Assembly: GCF_003086415.1 (NCBI RefSeq)
Contig: NZ_QEFP02000006.1
Location: 1-32,000 of the forward strand
DNA from: Candidatus Nanobsidianus stetteri
Lineage (GTDB): Archaea; Nanobdellota; Nanobdellia; Nanobdellales; Nanobdellaceae
Direction of reading: 5' to 3'
Length of the DNA stretch: 32,000 bases
In this document: positions 13,836-22,956 of the stretch, in pieces
Layout: each line of letters begins with the position of its first letter
Position numbering within the stretch: the first letter of the stretch is position 1
Made by a program: the position numbers and the translations under genes
The notes under the pieces: generated by a model
Told to the model about the DNA's origin: nothing
Database searches by the model: none
What the model saw: only the letters and a program-made list of their open reading frames with translations

Positions 13836-16458
13836 CTTTATTATTTTCTACATAAGGTTTTAAAATTTGGGCCAGTAAATCTACGTTTAATTTTCCATTT
13901 ATTGACTTATGTACTGCAACTCCATCTCCTCCATATACAAATTGTACAATTCTATTATATGCGTCTCTAACAGTTAAATCATCATTTACATGAAGATCAT
14001 ATAAACTTAATACCAATCTTCTATAGAAGTATCCGGATTGAGCAGTTCTTATTGCAGTATCCATTAAAGAGTCTCTACCAGGTAATGCATGGAAGAACAT
14101 TTCCCATGGTTTTAATCCCTCCCTGAAAGAACTTATTACCCAACCATGATATTTTGGATGATATATATTTCTCTCAAATATTGATAAATTTCTTCCCCTA
14201 TAACCAAAGTCTATAAATCTCCCTCTAAATGCTTGAAATCCTAAAGACCCAGCCATTCTAACAGCATTTTGCCAATCACCTCTTGCACCAGTTACAGACA
14301 TAATATATGTACCTGTATCTTTTTTCATATATTTTCTAAGAACGTCTTGTATTTTTGTAACACTTTCAGATACTACCTGCATAGATTTTAATTCATATGT
14401 TTCCTGTAAACTTCTACCAGCAATCCTTTCAAGGGTTCCTTCAGTATATTGTTTATATAAATCTTCTACTGCTTTTTCTGTATCATCTATTATCTTTTTT
14501 ATTTCCTCTTTTGCCTCTTCTGGTAAATCAAAATCAGAAATGGACATTGTAATTCCCAAATTATATTGATAATATATTCCTAATAAACTATATTTTTCTA
14601 ATAAATCATTTACATATTCTTTTCCATATAATTTATATAATATAACAAATAATCTTCCCTTTTCTGCTTTTATTAAACTTGAATCCAAATATCCTCTAAC
14701 AATCATTCCATTTTCTATCTTTATTTTATCATTTTCAAAATTAAAGTCATCTGGTAAGAATACTGAAGCAATTTCTTTTCCAGTTAAATAATCTCTTCCT
14801 TCCTCTTTTGCTTTTTTAATAATATTAGACAACTTATCTAAATCTTTATCATTGGCATTTGACATATATATTAACTGTGCAGCCTGATTAATCGGTATTT
14901 TTACATCATCTTGTGTTATTAAATATAATCCTGTTATCATTTCTTGGATCATACCGACAATAAAATCTCCATATCTTGGAGTAATATAATTATTTGATAT
15001 TTCTGTTAAAAATTCTGCTTCTGCTCTTGCTTCTTCGCTTCTTGGTAAGAATACATTCATTTCATCTCCATCAAAATCTGCATTATATGGTCTACATATT
15101 ATTGGATTTATCCTAAAGGTATTTCCAGGAAGTACTCTAGCATAATGACCCATCATTGACAATCTATGTAAAGATGGATATCTTAATAATAATACAATGT
15201 CTCCATCCGTTAAATGTCTTTCAACAATCCATCCTGGTGCAATCATTGAAGCAAGTGTTTCTTTATTTTCTTCAGTAATTATTCTTTTTCTTCCATCTGG
15301 AGATATTACATAATTTGCGCCTGGATATTTTTCAGGTCCATTCAATATATATTCCTTCATTTTTTCAATATTCCATTCAGTAACCCTTTCAGGAACTGTC
15401 AATGTTTTTGCAACATATAATGGTATTCCAACCTCATTTGGTTTTATTTTTGTGTCTGGAGTAATAACTGCCCTTGAACTATAATTTATTCTCTTTCCAA
15501 GTAAATATCTTCTAATTATTCCTTCCTTTCCAGAGATTCTTTCAACCAATGATTTTAATGGCTTTCCAGATCTCTGTTGAGCCTTTGGAACATATGGTAA
15601 AGTATTATTAAAATACGTAAATATGTGATATTGTAATAAATTATATATATCATCTACAATAACCTGTGGAGCCCCTGTTGTTATATCTTCTTTTAATCTT
15701 TGATTTGTTCTTACAATATCAACTAATTTGTGAGTTAAATCATCTTCTGCTCTTTCACCAGTTTCCAAAACTATTGAAGGTCTCATTGTTACTGGAGGTA
15801 CTGGTAAAACTGTTAATATCATCCATTCTGGTCTAGAATATGAAGGATCAAATCCAATTAATGGTAAATCTTCATTTGGTATTTTTTCAAATATTGCTCT
15901 AATTTCGACGGGATACATTCTTCTTTCATTTTCCTTATCTTTAACATAGAAGTAAAATGGTTTTCTAAATTCAACTTTTGGATTTTCATATCCGCATACA
16001 GGACATTTTGATCTTTTCTTAGCTTTGGAATATACAAACTTAGCTATAAATTTATATAATCTATTCCATCTTCTTGAATGCCTATACTTTTCTATTTTAT
16101 TTAATGCAAATTCTCTTTCTTCTTTTGTTAATTTTACATGACCGCAATTATGACAAACAGCATTTACCAATTCTTTAACAATTGGTAAAAATTCCGGATG
16201 CAATACTGGTCTTGCCAGTTCAATATGACCAAAATGTCCCAAACATTTTCCTGCAGTTTTTCCGCATGTTTCACATACATAACTTGGATCTACTACTCCC
16301 AATCTTAAATCCATCAATCCACCCCTTATGGGAGTTCCATCTTCATCATATAATTCTGATACAATTATTTTTGCTGCAGACATTTTTCTTATTGCATCTG
16401 GACTCAATAAAGAATATTGAATTTCAGAAATTCTTTTGAAAAATATATCTTTCATCAT
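13786..16458 (-). CDS. rpoA1: DNA-directed RNA polymerase subunit A'
   Basis: 890 aa. Zn-binding CETCG...GHFGHIEL, catalytic NADFDGDEMN, and a RYPSLHRLSMM-type motif. Confidence 0.97.
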   Translation of the reverse strand: MMKDIFFKRISEIQYSLLSPDAIRKMSAAKIIVSELYDEDGTPIRGGLMDLRLGVVDPSYVCETCGKTAGKCLGHFGHIELARPVLHPEFLPIVKELVNAVCHNCGHVKLTKEEREFALNKIEKYRHSRRWNRLYKFIAKFVYSKAKKRSKCPVCGYENPKVEFRKPFYFYVKDKENERRMYPVEIRAIFEKIPNEDLPLIGFDPSYSRPEWMILTVLPVPPVTMRPSIVLETGERAEDDLTHKLVDIVRTNQRLKEDITTGAPQVIVDDIYNLLQYHIFTYFNNTLPYVPKAQQRSGKPLKSLVERISGKEGIIRRYLLGKRINYSSRAVITPDTKIKPNEVGIPLYVAKTLTVPERVTEWNIEKMKEYILNGPEKYPGANYVISPDGRKRIITEENKETLASMIAPGWIVERHLTDGDIVLLLRYPSLHRLSMMGHYARVLPGNTFRINPIICRPYNADFDGDEMNVFLPRSEEARAEAEFLTEISNNYITPRYGDFIVGMIQEMITGLYLITQDDVKIPINQAAQLIYMSNANDKDLDKLSNIIKKAKEEGRDYLTGKEIASVFLPDDFNFENDKIKIENGMIVRGYLDSSLIKAEKGRLFVILYKLYGKEYVNDLLEKYSLLGIYYQYNLGITMSISDFDLPEEAKEEIKKIIDDTEKAVEDLYKQYTEGTLERIAGRSLQETYELKSMQVVSESVTKIQDVLRKYMKKDTGTYIMSVTGARGDWQNAVRMAGSLGFQAFRGRFIDFGYRGRNLSIFERNIYHPKYHGWVISSFREGLKPWEMFFHALPGRDSLMDTAIRTAQSGYFYRRLVLSLYDLHVNDDLTVRDAYNRIVQFVYGGDGVAVHKSINGKLNVDLLAQILKPYVENNKDGTTGKNKKGSRKNRR

Positions 16459-18260
16459 TAAAACTTATAATCTAACTTAAGTCTAGGCCAAATTCCAAGA
16501 GAGATTAATTCATTTAATAATAAATGGAACGCATAAGAAACTTTAACTTTTGATATTTTTTCAGTTTCACCACAAATAGGACAATAAACCCTATTTCTTA
16601 TATTATCTTCAACAGCAAGAGAACCACATTTTTCACAAACATAAATAGGTGTATCATCAGAAGAATACATTTCTCTTAATAATATAGAAGCACCATGAGC
16701 AGCAAGGACTTCATGTTCCATTTCACTAAACTTCAAACCACCCTTCTTTGATTTACCTTCCGTTGGTTGTCTTGTTAATAATGTAACAGGACCTGTTGCT
16801 CTTGCCTGTAATTTATTCTTTGCCATATGCTTTAATCTTAAATAATAAATGCTTCCAATAAATATTTTAACTTTAAATTCATCTCCGGTTAAAGGATTAT
16901 ACAATGTTTCTGTTCCATCTTCTCTAAATCCTAAAGATAGTAATTCTTTCCTTAATTCTTCCTCACTTTCTCCATACCATGGTGTTCCGTCAACATATCT
17001 TCCATTTAAACTTCCAACCTTTCCAGCAAGCAATTCTAATAATAAACCGAAAGTTTCTCTTGAAGGAATTCCAGCGGGAGAGAATATTATATCTGGAACA
17101 AGACCTGAAGATGACCATGGCATATCTGATGGATCAACAATCATTCCCAAAACACCTTTCTGTCCATGTCTTACAGAAAATTTATCTCCAAGTTCTGGGA
17201 TTCTTAAGTCTCTTAATTTTATCCTAACAAGTAAATTTCCATCATCAGATTCTGTTATTACAACCCTATCTACCCATCCTTCCTCCCCACCACCAGTAGT
17301 TAATGAAGAATCTTTCTTTCTTAAACCTGTTACAATAGATTCAGAAGTTAAACCAATAAATCTTGGAGGTGATACCCTACCAACAAGTACTTCTTCTGGT
17401 TTTACAAATGATTCGACAGCAACAATCCCATCTTCTTCTAAATTTTTATATTTATCCTTTCCTCTATATAATTCTACAGAAGGATCTGGAATTGTAATTT
17501 CATCTTGTAATCCTCCAGAATATCTTAATCTTTCTATTTCATAAGATCTAAAATATACAGATCTAAATAAACCCCTATCTATTGAACCTTTATTCATGAT
17601 AATTGCATCTTCAATATTATATCCTTCCTGTGTCATTACGGCAACAATTACATTTTGTCCTATTGCATAATCATCCTTAAATATATTAAAAGAAAATGTC
17701 CTAGTAATCGGGTATTGTGGATAATATAATATTGATATATCAGTATCAAATCTATTATGGAAGTTTAAAGAATATATAGCATGAGCCTGCCTCTGTGGTC
17801 TAACACCTCTATTTAATCTTGCAGATTGATTTCTATTTGAAAATGGAACTAAAGATGTAGCTATACTAAATATTACTAAAGAAGATAATTCTAAGTGAGT
17901 TGTATTTTCCTTTATATCTTCAGGATATAACGCAACATTTAAATTTTCTTCTTCTGCAGGATCAACCCATTCAATTATACCTTCCTTTTCTAAATCTGAC
18001 CATTTTATTTCTCCTTTCTTTAATTTTTCAATATGTTCTTTTGTTAATAATGGTTTTCCATCTTTTACAACAATTAAAGGTCTTAAAATTCTTCCCTTTC
18101 TAGTTAATATTTCTACAACATTTCTTGTTTCATCAAAATATATGTTTACAAAATATGGGATAATACCTTTTCTTCTTTTTTCCTTAAATTCTTCGATAAA
18201 TTTATTAGCATCATCCACATATCCAACAAAAATACCATCTATATAAACCTCATATGCCAT
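16458..18260 (-). CDS. rpoB1: DNA-directed RNA polymerase subunit B' (C-terminal half of split RpoB)
   Basis: 600 aa. GDKFSVRHGQKGV, GGLKFSEMEHEVLAAHGA and C-terminal Zn ribbon CEKCG...CPICG. Its stop overlaps the rpoA' ATG by 1 nt (TAATG). Confidence 0.97.
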   Translation of the reverse strand: MAYEVYIDGIFVGYVDDANKFIEEFKEKRRKGIIPYFVNIYFDETRNVVEILTRKGRILRPLIVVKDGKPLLTKEHIEKLKKGEIKWSDLEKEGIIEWVDPAEEENLNVALYPEDIKENTTHLELSSLVIFSIATSLVPFSNRNQSARLNRGVRPQRQAHAIYSLNFHNRFDTDISILYYPQYPITRTFSFNIFKDDYAIGQNVIVAVMTQEGYNIEDAIIMNKGSIDRGLFRSVYFRSYEIERLRYSGGLQDEITIPDPSVELYRGKDKYKNLEEDGIVAVESFVKPEEVLVGRVSPPRFIGLTSESIVTGLRKKDSSLTTGGGEEGWVDRVVITESDDGNLLVRIKLRDLRIPELGDKFSVRHGQKGVLGMIVDPSDMPWSSSGLVPDIIFSPAGIPSRETFGLLLELLAGKVGSLNGRYVDGTPWYGESEEELRKELLSLGFREDGTETLYNPLTGDEFKVKIFIGSIYYLRLKHMAKNKLQARATGPVTLLTRQPTEGKSKKGGLKFSEMEHEVLAAHGASILLREMYSSDDTPIYVCEKCGSLAVEDNIRNRVYCPICGETEKISKVKVSYAFHLLLNELISLGIWPRLKLDYKF

Positions 18261-18262
18261 TT

Positions 18263-19780
18263 TTATTTTTTATCTGAAACATTTTTAACTATTGGCCTTA
18301 ATCCTATATCCTCTAACTTTCTAATCAATTCATTTTTATCAACCTCTTCAAAACTTATCTTTGATAATATTGTTTTATTTTTTCTCAATCCAGTTTCATG
18401 ACCTTCGGGTGTTTCTATTAAATCCAATCTACCCCAATGAGTACCATGAGCCATTCTTGCTTCTAACAATTCAGCTTCGCCAGATATTGAAGAAACAACC
18501 CTTGTTAAATGAGATAAAACAGAAATCTTGTTTGTTCTATCAAGAGCCTGTGAAATTCCTGTTCTATTTCTTGTCCATTTTCCAATAGCCATTACATTTT
18601 CAAATCTTTCAGTAAATATTTTTGATCTAAATATAGAGGTATATGAAGGTATTTTTCCTCTTTTTACTAACCTTTCATATTGATACATTGCATCTGTCAT
18701 CAATGTTCTTAAAGTAACAAGGAAATATTCCCTAATTAATTCCCCAGGCGTTCTAACTATTTTATTTGCAAAGTGATCCTTTATATCTTCATCAATTTTT
18801 TCATGGGCTAATAATAATAATTTTCTTGCCATCTTTAATAAATTGTATGCTTTTAATAATCTATCATTTGGTGATGTTCCAATATTGGGTAATAATAAGT
18901 TATCTAATATTGATAATAATTTTTCTCTTTTAACTTCTGGAGAGCCTGATAATTTTAATTTATCAGCTAAATATCTTATTGCATCTTCAGAAGTTTTTAT
19001 ATTTTGGAATTCCAATAAATTAATATATACTTCTTCAAATTCTTCCCCTTCAGAAATTAATTGATTTATTTCAACATCCTTTTCTAAACCTAGAGCCCTT
19101 ACCAAAGGTATTAACGGAACCTTTTTATATTTCTCAAATGATAAATATAATAAACCATCTTTTGTCATCTCCATTCTATGAGCCTTTAATTGAGTTAAAG
19201 ATTCTGATAATAAATATCCACTATATTTTATAGAACCAGTTTCCCTTTGAACATAAAATTTATTTGTACCAAGTTCCTCAGATAATATAATTAATTTTTC
19301 ATTTCCGTTAATAATAAAGTATCCACCTCTATCTGTCGGATCTTCACCAATTCTTATTAATTCTTCTTCAGATAATCCATAAGTATTACAATATTTTGAT
19401 CTAACCATTATTGGCAATCTACCAATTGGTACCTGATATTTACTCTTAAATGTTTCATTTTCATATACAGAAAATTCCATAAATACTGATCCAGAATATG
19501 TAAGTTTTCTAATTCTAGCTTCTATCGGATATATTAATCTAGAAACTCCCTCCTTCTCCATAAAATCTGCTTTTTCCAACCATAATTTTTCTATTTTAAA
19601 TTGCAAATCCCTTAATCCTGGAGCTAATAATCTTGGAGAAAATGTTCCCAATTCTCTTCCAATCTTTGTCATTTCTACATCAACAAAATATTCAAAAGAT
19701 CTCAGTTGTACTCCTAACAGATCATTTTCCTCCAAATATTTATAAAATAAGATATAATTGTCTGTATTATTATTAGCCAC
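18263..19780 (-). CDS. rpoB2: DNA-directed RNA polymerase subunit B'' (N-terminal half of split RpoB), GTG start
   Basis: 505 aa. GGYFIINGNEKLII and SQALDRTN...SHLTRV are typical. The start codon is GTG (19780-19778) with an in-frame TAA two codons upstream. The next in-frame ATG would delete the conserved N-terminus. A 2-nt gap separates it from rpoB'. Confidence 0.95.
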   Translation of the reverse strand: MANNNTDNYILFYKYLEENDLLGVQLRSFEYFVDVEMTKIGRELGTFSPRLLAPGLRDLQFKIEKLWLEKADFMEKEGVSRLIYPIEARIRKLTYSGSVFMEFSVYENETFKSKYQVPIGRLPIMVRSKYCNTYGLSEEELIRIGEDPTDRGGYFIINGNEKLIILSEELGTNKFYVQRETGSIKYSGYLLSESLTQLKAHRMEMTKDGLLYLSFEKYKKVPLIPLVRALGLEKDVEINQLISEGEEFEEVYINLLEFQNIKTSEDAIRYLADKLKLSGSPEVKREKLLSILDNLLLPNIGTSPNDRLLKAYNLLKMARKLLLLAHEKIDEDIKDHFANKIVRTPGELIREYFLVTLRTLMTDAMYQYERLVKRGKIPSYTSIFRSKIFTERFENVMAIGKWTRNRTGISQALDRTNKISVLSHLTRVVSSISGEAELLEARMAHGTHWGRLDLIETPEGHETGLRKNKTILSKISFEEVDKNELIRKLEDIGLRPIVKNVSDKK

Positions 19781-19812
19781 TTTTTATTTATATATATGAT
19801 ATCTTTATAAGC

Positions 19813-20127
19813 TTAATCTTCTACAACAACTCTATAATATATTTCTTCTCCAATCCATGGATTATTTCTTATGATCTTAACAATATCTCCTGGTTTAGCA
19901 TTTAAATTCTTTAATGCTGGATCTGAGATTTTAATCTTTGGTAAATCTGATAAGGATACTTTATACTTTTCTAACAATTCTTTCTTTTCTTCTTCAGATA
20001 ATATTATATCTTTTGGTACTAAATAATGTTTTGTTATATCAATTTCAGATAATTCTCTTAAACTTTCTTTAGGTTTATTATCCTTAGAAACTTTTTTAGA
20101 TTTAGACTTTTTAGTAGATTTAGCCAT
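19813..20127 (-). CDS. rpoH: DNA-directed RNA polymerase subunit H (Rpb5-like) with Lys-rich N-terminal extension
   Basis: 104 aa. [54 protein letters not shown]...YYRVVV matches RpoH. It is the first gene of the rpoH-B-A operon. The N-terminal ~30 aa are KS-rich. Confidence 0.85.
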   Translation of the reverse strand: MAKSTKKSKSKKVSKDNKPKESLRELSEIDITKHYLVPKDIILSEEEKKELLEKYKVSLSDLPKIKISDPALKNLNAKPGDIVKIIRNNPWIGEEIYYRVVVED

Positions 20128-20148
20128 TTATTTATTTTTTATAAAAAA

Positions 20149-20156
20149 CTTATAAC
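20149..20156. promoter_or_regulatory. Central CTTATAAC element (palindromic TTATAA core), candidate shared TATA box for divergent rpoH and ATP-grasp genes
   Basis: The 50-nt spacer 20128-20177 divides as 21 + 8 + 21 nt. The element is equidistant from the ATG at 20127 (minus) and the ATG at 20178 (plus). Confidence 0.3.
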
Positions 20157-20177
20157 TTTACCTCTTAGATATTAGGA

Positions 20178-21029
20178 ATGGGTAGAATAGCTATATTCAC
20201 AAAAACAAATTTACAAGATTATAGAATAATAAAATTAAAGGAGGAAATAAAAAATTATAATAACATTAGCATTATTGATATAGAAAAAGAAAATATATTT
20301 CCATATAATGAAAAAATATTAAACTATGATCTATATTATTTTTTCGTTGGATCAAATTTTTTATCTGATATCCACTTTCTAGCAAAATATCTTGAACAAA
20401 ATGGGAAAGAAGTAATAAATAAAATACATGTCAAAGAATCTATAATATCAAAAACTCTATTTTATAGTATCTTAAATAAATATGTAAAAATTCCAGAATT
20501 TGTAAAAATATATTCAATAGATAATATAGAATATGTAATAAATAAGATTGGATTTCCAATGATAATAAAGCACCAATTTATTCATAGAGGGGAATTTGTA
20601 CATAAAATAGATAATGAAAAAGAATTATATAATTTTTTAGAAAAATATTTATTAGAAAAAAGAATAAATATAAAAAATTTAATATTTCAAAAATATATAC
20701 CTTATGAGAAAGATATAAGGATAATTTTCATAGGAAAACCGATTGGCGCAATGGAAAGGATTAATAAAAATAGTTTTAAGGCAAATATTAGTCAGGGAGG
20801 ATATGGAAAGCAATATAAATTGGATCAAGAAATAATAGATATTGGATATAAAATTATGGAAAAATGTGATTTACAAATATTTGCATTTGATCTATTATTA
20901 AAAGATAATCAATATTATTTGATAGATTTACATCATATATTCCAGTATGAGGGATTTGATAAGTATTTAAATAAAAATATTACAAAAGAAATATTAAATT
21001 ACTTAAATGAAATTAGTAATAAAAGCTAA
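20178..21029 (+). CDS. ATP-grasp ligase, RimK family
   Basis: 283 aa. IGFPMIIKH, DIRIIFIGKPIGAMERINKNSFKANISQGGYGKQYKL (compare RimK DIRCLVVG...ERRAKEGDFRSNLHRGG). C-terminal IFAFDLLLKDNQYYLIDLHHIFQYEGF aligns by eye with the GVDIL....VMEVNASPGLEG region. Confidence 0.8.
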   Translation: MGRIAIFTKTNLQDYRIIKLKEEIKNYNNISIIDIEKENIFPYNEKILNYDLYYFFVGSNFLSDIHFLAKYLEQNGKEVINKIHVKESIISKTLFYSILNKYVKIPEFVKIYSIDNIEYVINKIGFPMIIKHQFIHRGEFVHKIDNEKELYNFLEKYLLEKRINIKNLIFQKYIPYEKDIRIIFIGKPIGAMERINKNSFKANISQGGYGKQYKLDQEIIDIGYKIMEKCDLQIFAFDLLLKDNQYYLIDLHHIFQYEGFDKYLNKNITKEILNYLNEISNKS

Positions 21030-21414
21030 AGGGAACAAATTAATAAAGGCAACACATAAAAGTACTTTAGAAATTACTAAAGATAATTATTTAACTGAAA
21101 GAGGAGATTGTATAATTGGTATAAGTGCAAATTACTCTGTAAAAGATTTACCAGAAGATCTTAAAGATCATTTATTAAATGAAGGAAAGATAAAGATTGT
21201 AATTAAAGTTGATGATTTAATAGATAATATAATTGCATATGGTTCTAAAAAATTATTGTTAACAAATGATAGAAGTATTGTTATAAGAAAAAGCAATTAT
21301 ATTGATGATAGAACTTTAGCAATAAATTCAAACAAGAGTGCTATTGATATTGATAGAAGATTAATAGAAAGATTGAAGAATGAGAGAGATATGGAATTTA
21401 TTATATACTACTAA
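21007..21414 (+). CDS. DUF371 family protein
   Basis: 135 aa. IKATHKSTLEITKDNYLTERGDCIIGISAN and IVIRKSNYIDDRTLAINSNKSA match my recollection of the DUF371 pattern (atH.tTlEiTk...lt..GdCIigv ... iViRkS.f...RTl.i). Overlaps the ATP-grasp gene by 23 nt. Confidence 0.75.
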   Translation: MKLVIKAKGNKLIKATHKSTLEITKDNYLTERGDCIIGISANYSVKDLPEDLKDHLLNEGKIKIVIKVDDLIDNIIAYGSKKLLLTNDRSIVIRKSNYIDDRTLAINSNKSAIDIDRRLIERLKNERDMEFIIYY

Positions 21415-21589
21415 AATATTTATAAAGAATAAAATGTTTATCCTTAATTATAAAAAGAAGAGTATAAATATGGCTGTACAATTAATATTTATAATAATAT
21501 AGTGGTAGTTATTGTAATTAAGTTATTTCAGCTACAAACATCAGAGATCGGTCAAATATCAAATACATAAATACAATAGGCAGTTTTAG

Positions 21590-21611
21590 ATTGTTCAAGT
21601 TATTGTTCAAG
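21590..21611. repeat. Tandem direct repeat ATTGTTCAAG-TT-ATTGTTCAAG inside a long noncoding island
   Basis: Copies at 21590-21599 and 21602-21611, read directly from the sequence. Confidence 0.6.
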
Positions 21612-21855
21612 CCCATATACATTTTGTACAAATTATGAAAATACTTCAAACAGACTTTTTTATTTTTATTTCCAACAAATTTGTCTGGAAATATAACATG
21701 TACAGAAAATACCAACGTAGATATTATATGTAATTATATAACATGCTATTCAGTAAATAATATTATGTTTTATCAACTTGTAACAGTATATTTAGAAAGA
21801 GTTAATCAAACATATTTTAGAATTGCATAAAAGTTTTAATGGATTTTTATATATA

Positions 21856-22941
21856 ATGGGTGAAACTATTATAGATAAATTAATTGACGAAAACAAAAAT
21901 ATCAATAAACACATACTTATATTATATTTAATAATATTTCCAATATCTATATTATTTTTTACAAATTTATATTATATCTTATTTGGAATATTTTACTTCT
22001 TTGCTTTATATTATTTCTTGAAAAATACAAAATTCAATATGATAAAAATTTTATATTTATTAATTTTTATATTGCCTATATTAAATATTTTTAATAATAT
22101 TTTATTTAAATATTTTGTTTATGTATTTTTTTCATTTATTTTATTTTATTTCTTTGGAAATTTTGTCGCAGAGAATAAATTATCTATAAATAGAAAGCAA
22201 ATAATAATATTGATAATTTCCCTAATTTATGTTTTATTTATAACATCATATAATATTATAAATATTTATTCTTTATTTTTTATATCTCTCCTAGGTTTTT
22301 TATTCAATTTAGATGATAAAAAAATATATCATTTAACTTCATTAAATTTTTTAAACAAATATAGCCAAATTATCTTCTCCATAATTTCTATTTTTTTATC
22401 TATACAGTTAATACTTTCCTTAATTGTTCAAAATATTTTAATATTATTTAATATATCTTCATCTTCAATATCAGAACCTATTTTAATGTTAATATTATTT
22501 ACTATATCCTCATTTTCAATATTAGAATTTATTTTAATGCTGATGATTAAAAAAATATTTAATAAACCAGAGGGATTCACAATGTATATTTTAATATTAA
22601 TAATATTTTTATTTATCTTCTTCACAATCCTATTTTTCTTAATAAAAAATAATATAATTTACATTATTCAAAATATTATAATTATGTTTTTATTTTTCTT
22701 TACCGCAATTCACGCTTATTTGTATCATAGGTTTCCAGACAGTAAAAAAATAATTTTGGGAATTGTTTCAGGAATACCATTTATATTAATGAATTTCGTA
22801 AATTATTTCTACTATATTAATCCAGGAACTCTATTTAATTTTCCCTTATTTATAATTTTATTTTCAATAAACTTACTAATATTGGCAATTATAGGATTAG
22901 TATTAATTTATATACATTCAATATATAAAAAGCATATCTAA
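21856..22941 (+). CDS. Large polytopic membrane protein of unknown function
   Basis: About 361 aa from the ATG at 21856 (the ORF-track start at 21823 is a TTG). Extremely I/F/L/N-rich, about 10-12 hydrophobic segments, no motif recognised. Confidence 0.65.
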   Translation: MGETIIDKLIDENKNINKHILILYLIIFPISILFFTNLYYILFGIFYFFALYYFLKNTKFNMIKILYLLIFILPILNIFNNILFKYFVYVFFSFILFYFFGNFVAENKLSINRKQIIILIISLIYVLFITSYNIINIYSLFFISLLGFLFNLDDKKIYHLTSLNFLNKYSQIIFSIISIFLSIQLILSLIVQNILILFNISSSSISEPILMLILFTISSFSILEFILMLMIKKIFNKPEGFTMYILILIIFLFIFFTILFFLIKNNIIYIIQNIIIMFLFFFTAIHAYLYHRFPDSKKIILGIVSGIPFILMNFVNYFYYINPGTLFNFPLFIILFSINLLILAIIGLVLIYIHSIYKKHI

Positions 22942-22956
22942 ATTTCCCAAAGATAA

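Noticed and set aside
16849-17544. 231-aa plus-strand ORF (S/P/N-rich), with nested ORFs at 16979-17227 and 17900-18103
   Set aside because: Entirely antisense to the highly conserved rpoB' coding sequence. Low-complexity translation typical of a shadow ORF in AT-rich DNA.
16182-19064. Short plus-strand ORFs at 16182-16439, 18361-18588 and 18843-19064
   Set aside because: Antisense to rpoA' and rpoB''. Shadow ORFs.
16458-19780. Split rpoB (and split rpoA) as pseudogenisation or frameshift
   Set aside because: The A'/A'' split is universal in archaea and the B''/B' split is a known lineage feature. Both halves are full length, with intact motifs and tight 1-2-nt junctions.
21518-21715. 65-aa minus-strand ORF in the long noncoding island
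   Set aside because: No start-codon context (no TATA at the usual ~21-nt spacing), no recognisable motif, and a composition unlike the real genes here. Treated as noncoding; see the finding on the island.
21415-21855. Replication origin (oriC) hypothesis for the noncoding island
   Set aside because: No adjacent orc1/cdc6 gene. No ORB-type repeats with the characteristic conserved dyad in multiple copies. The TTCCA..TGGAA dyad occurs only once. Cannot be supported from the sequence alone.
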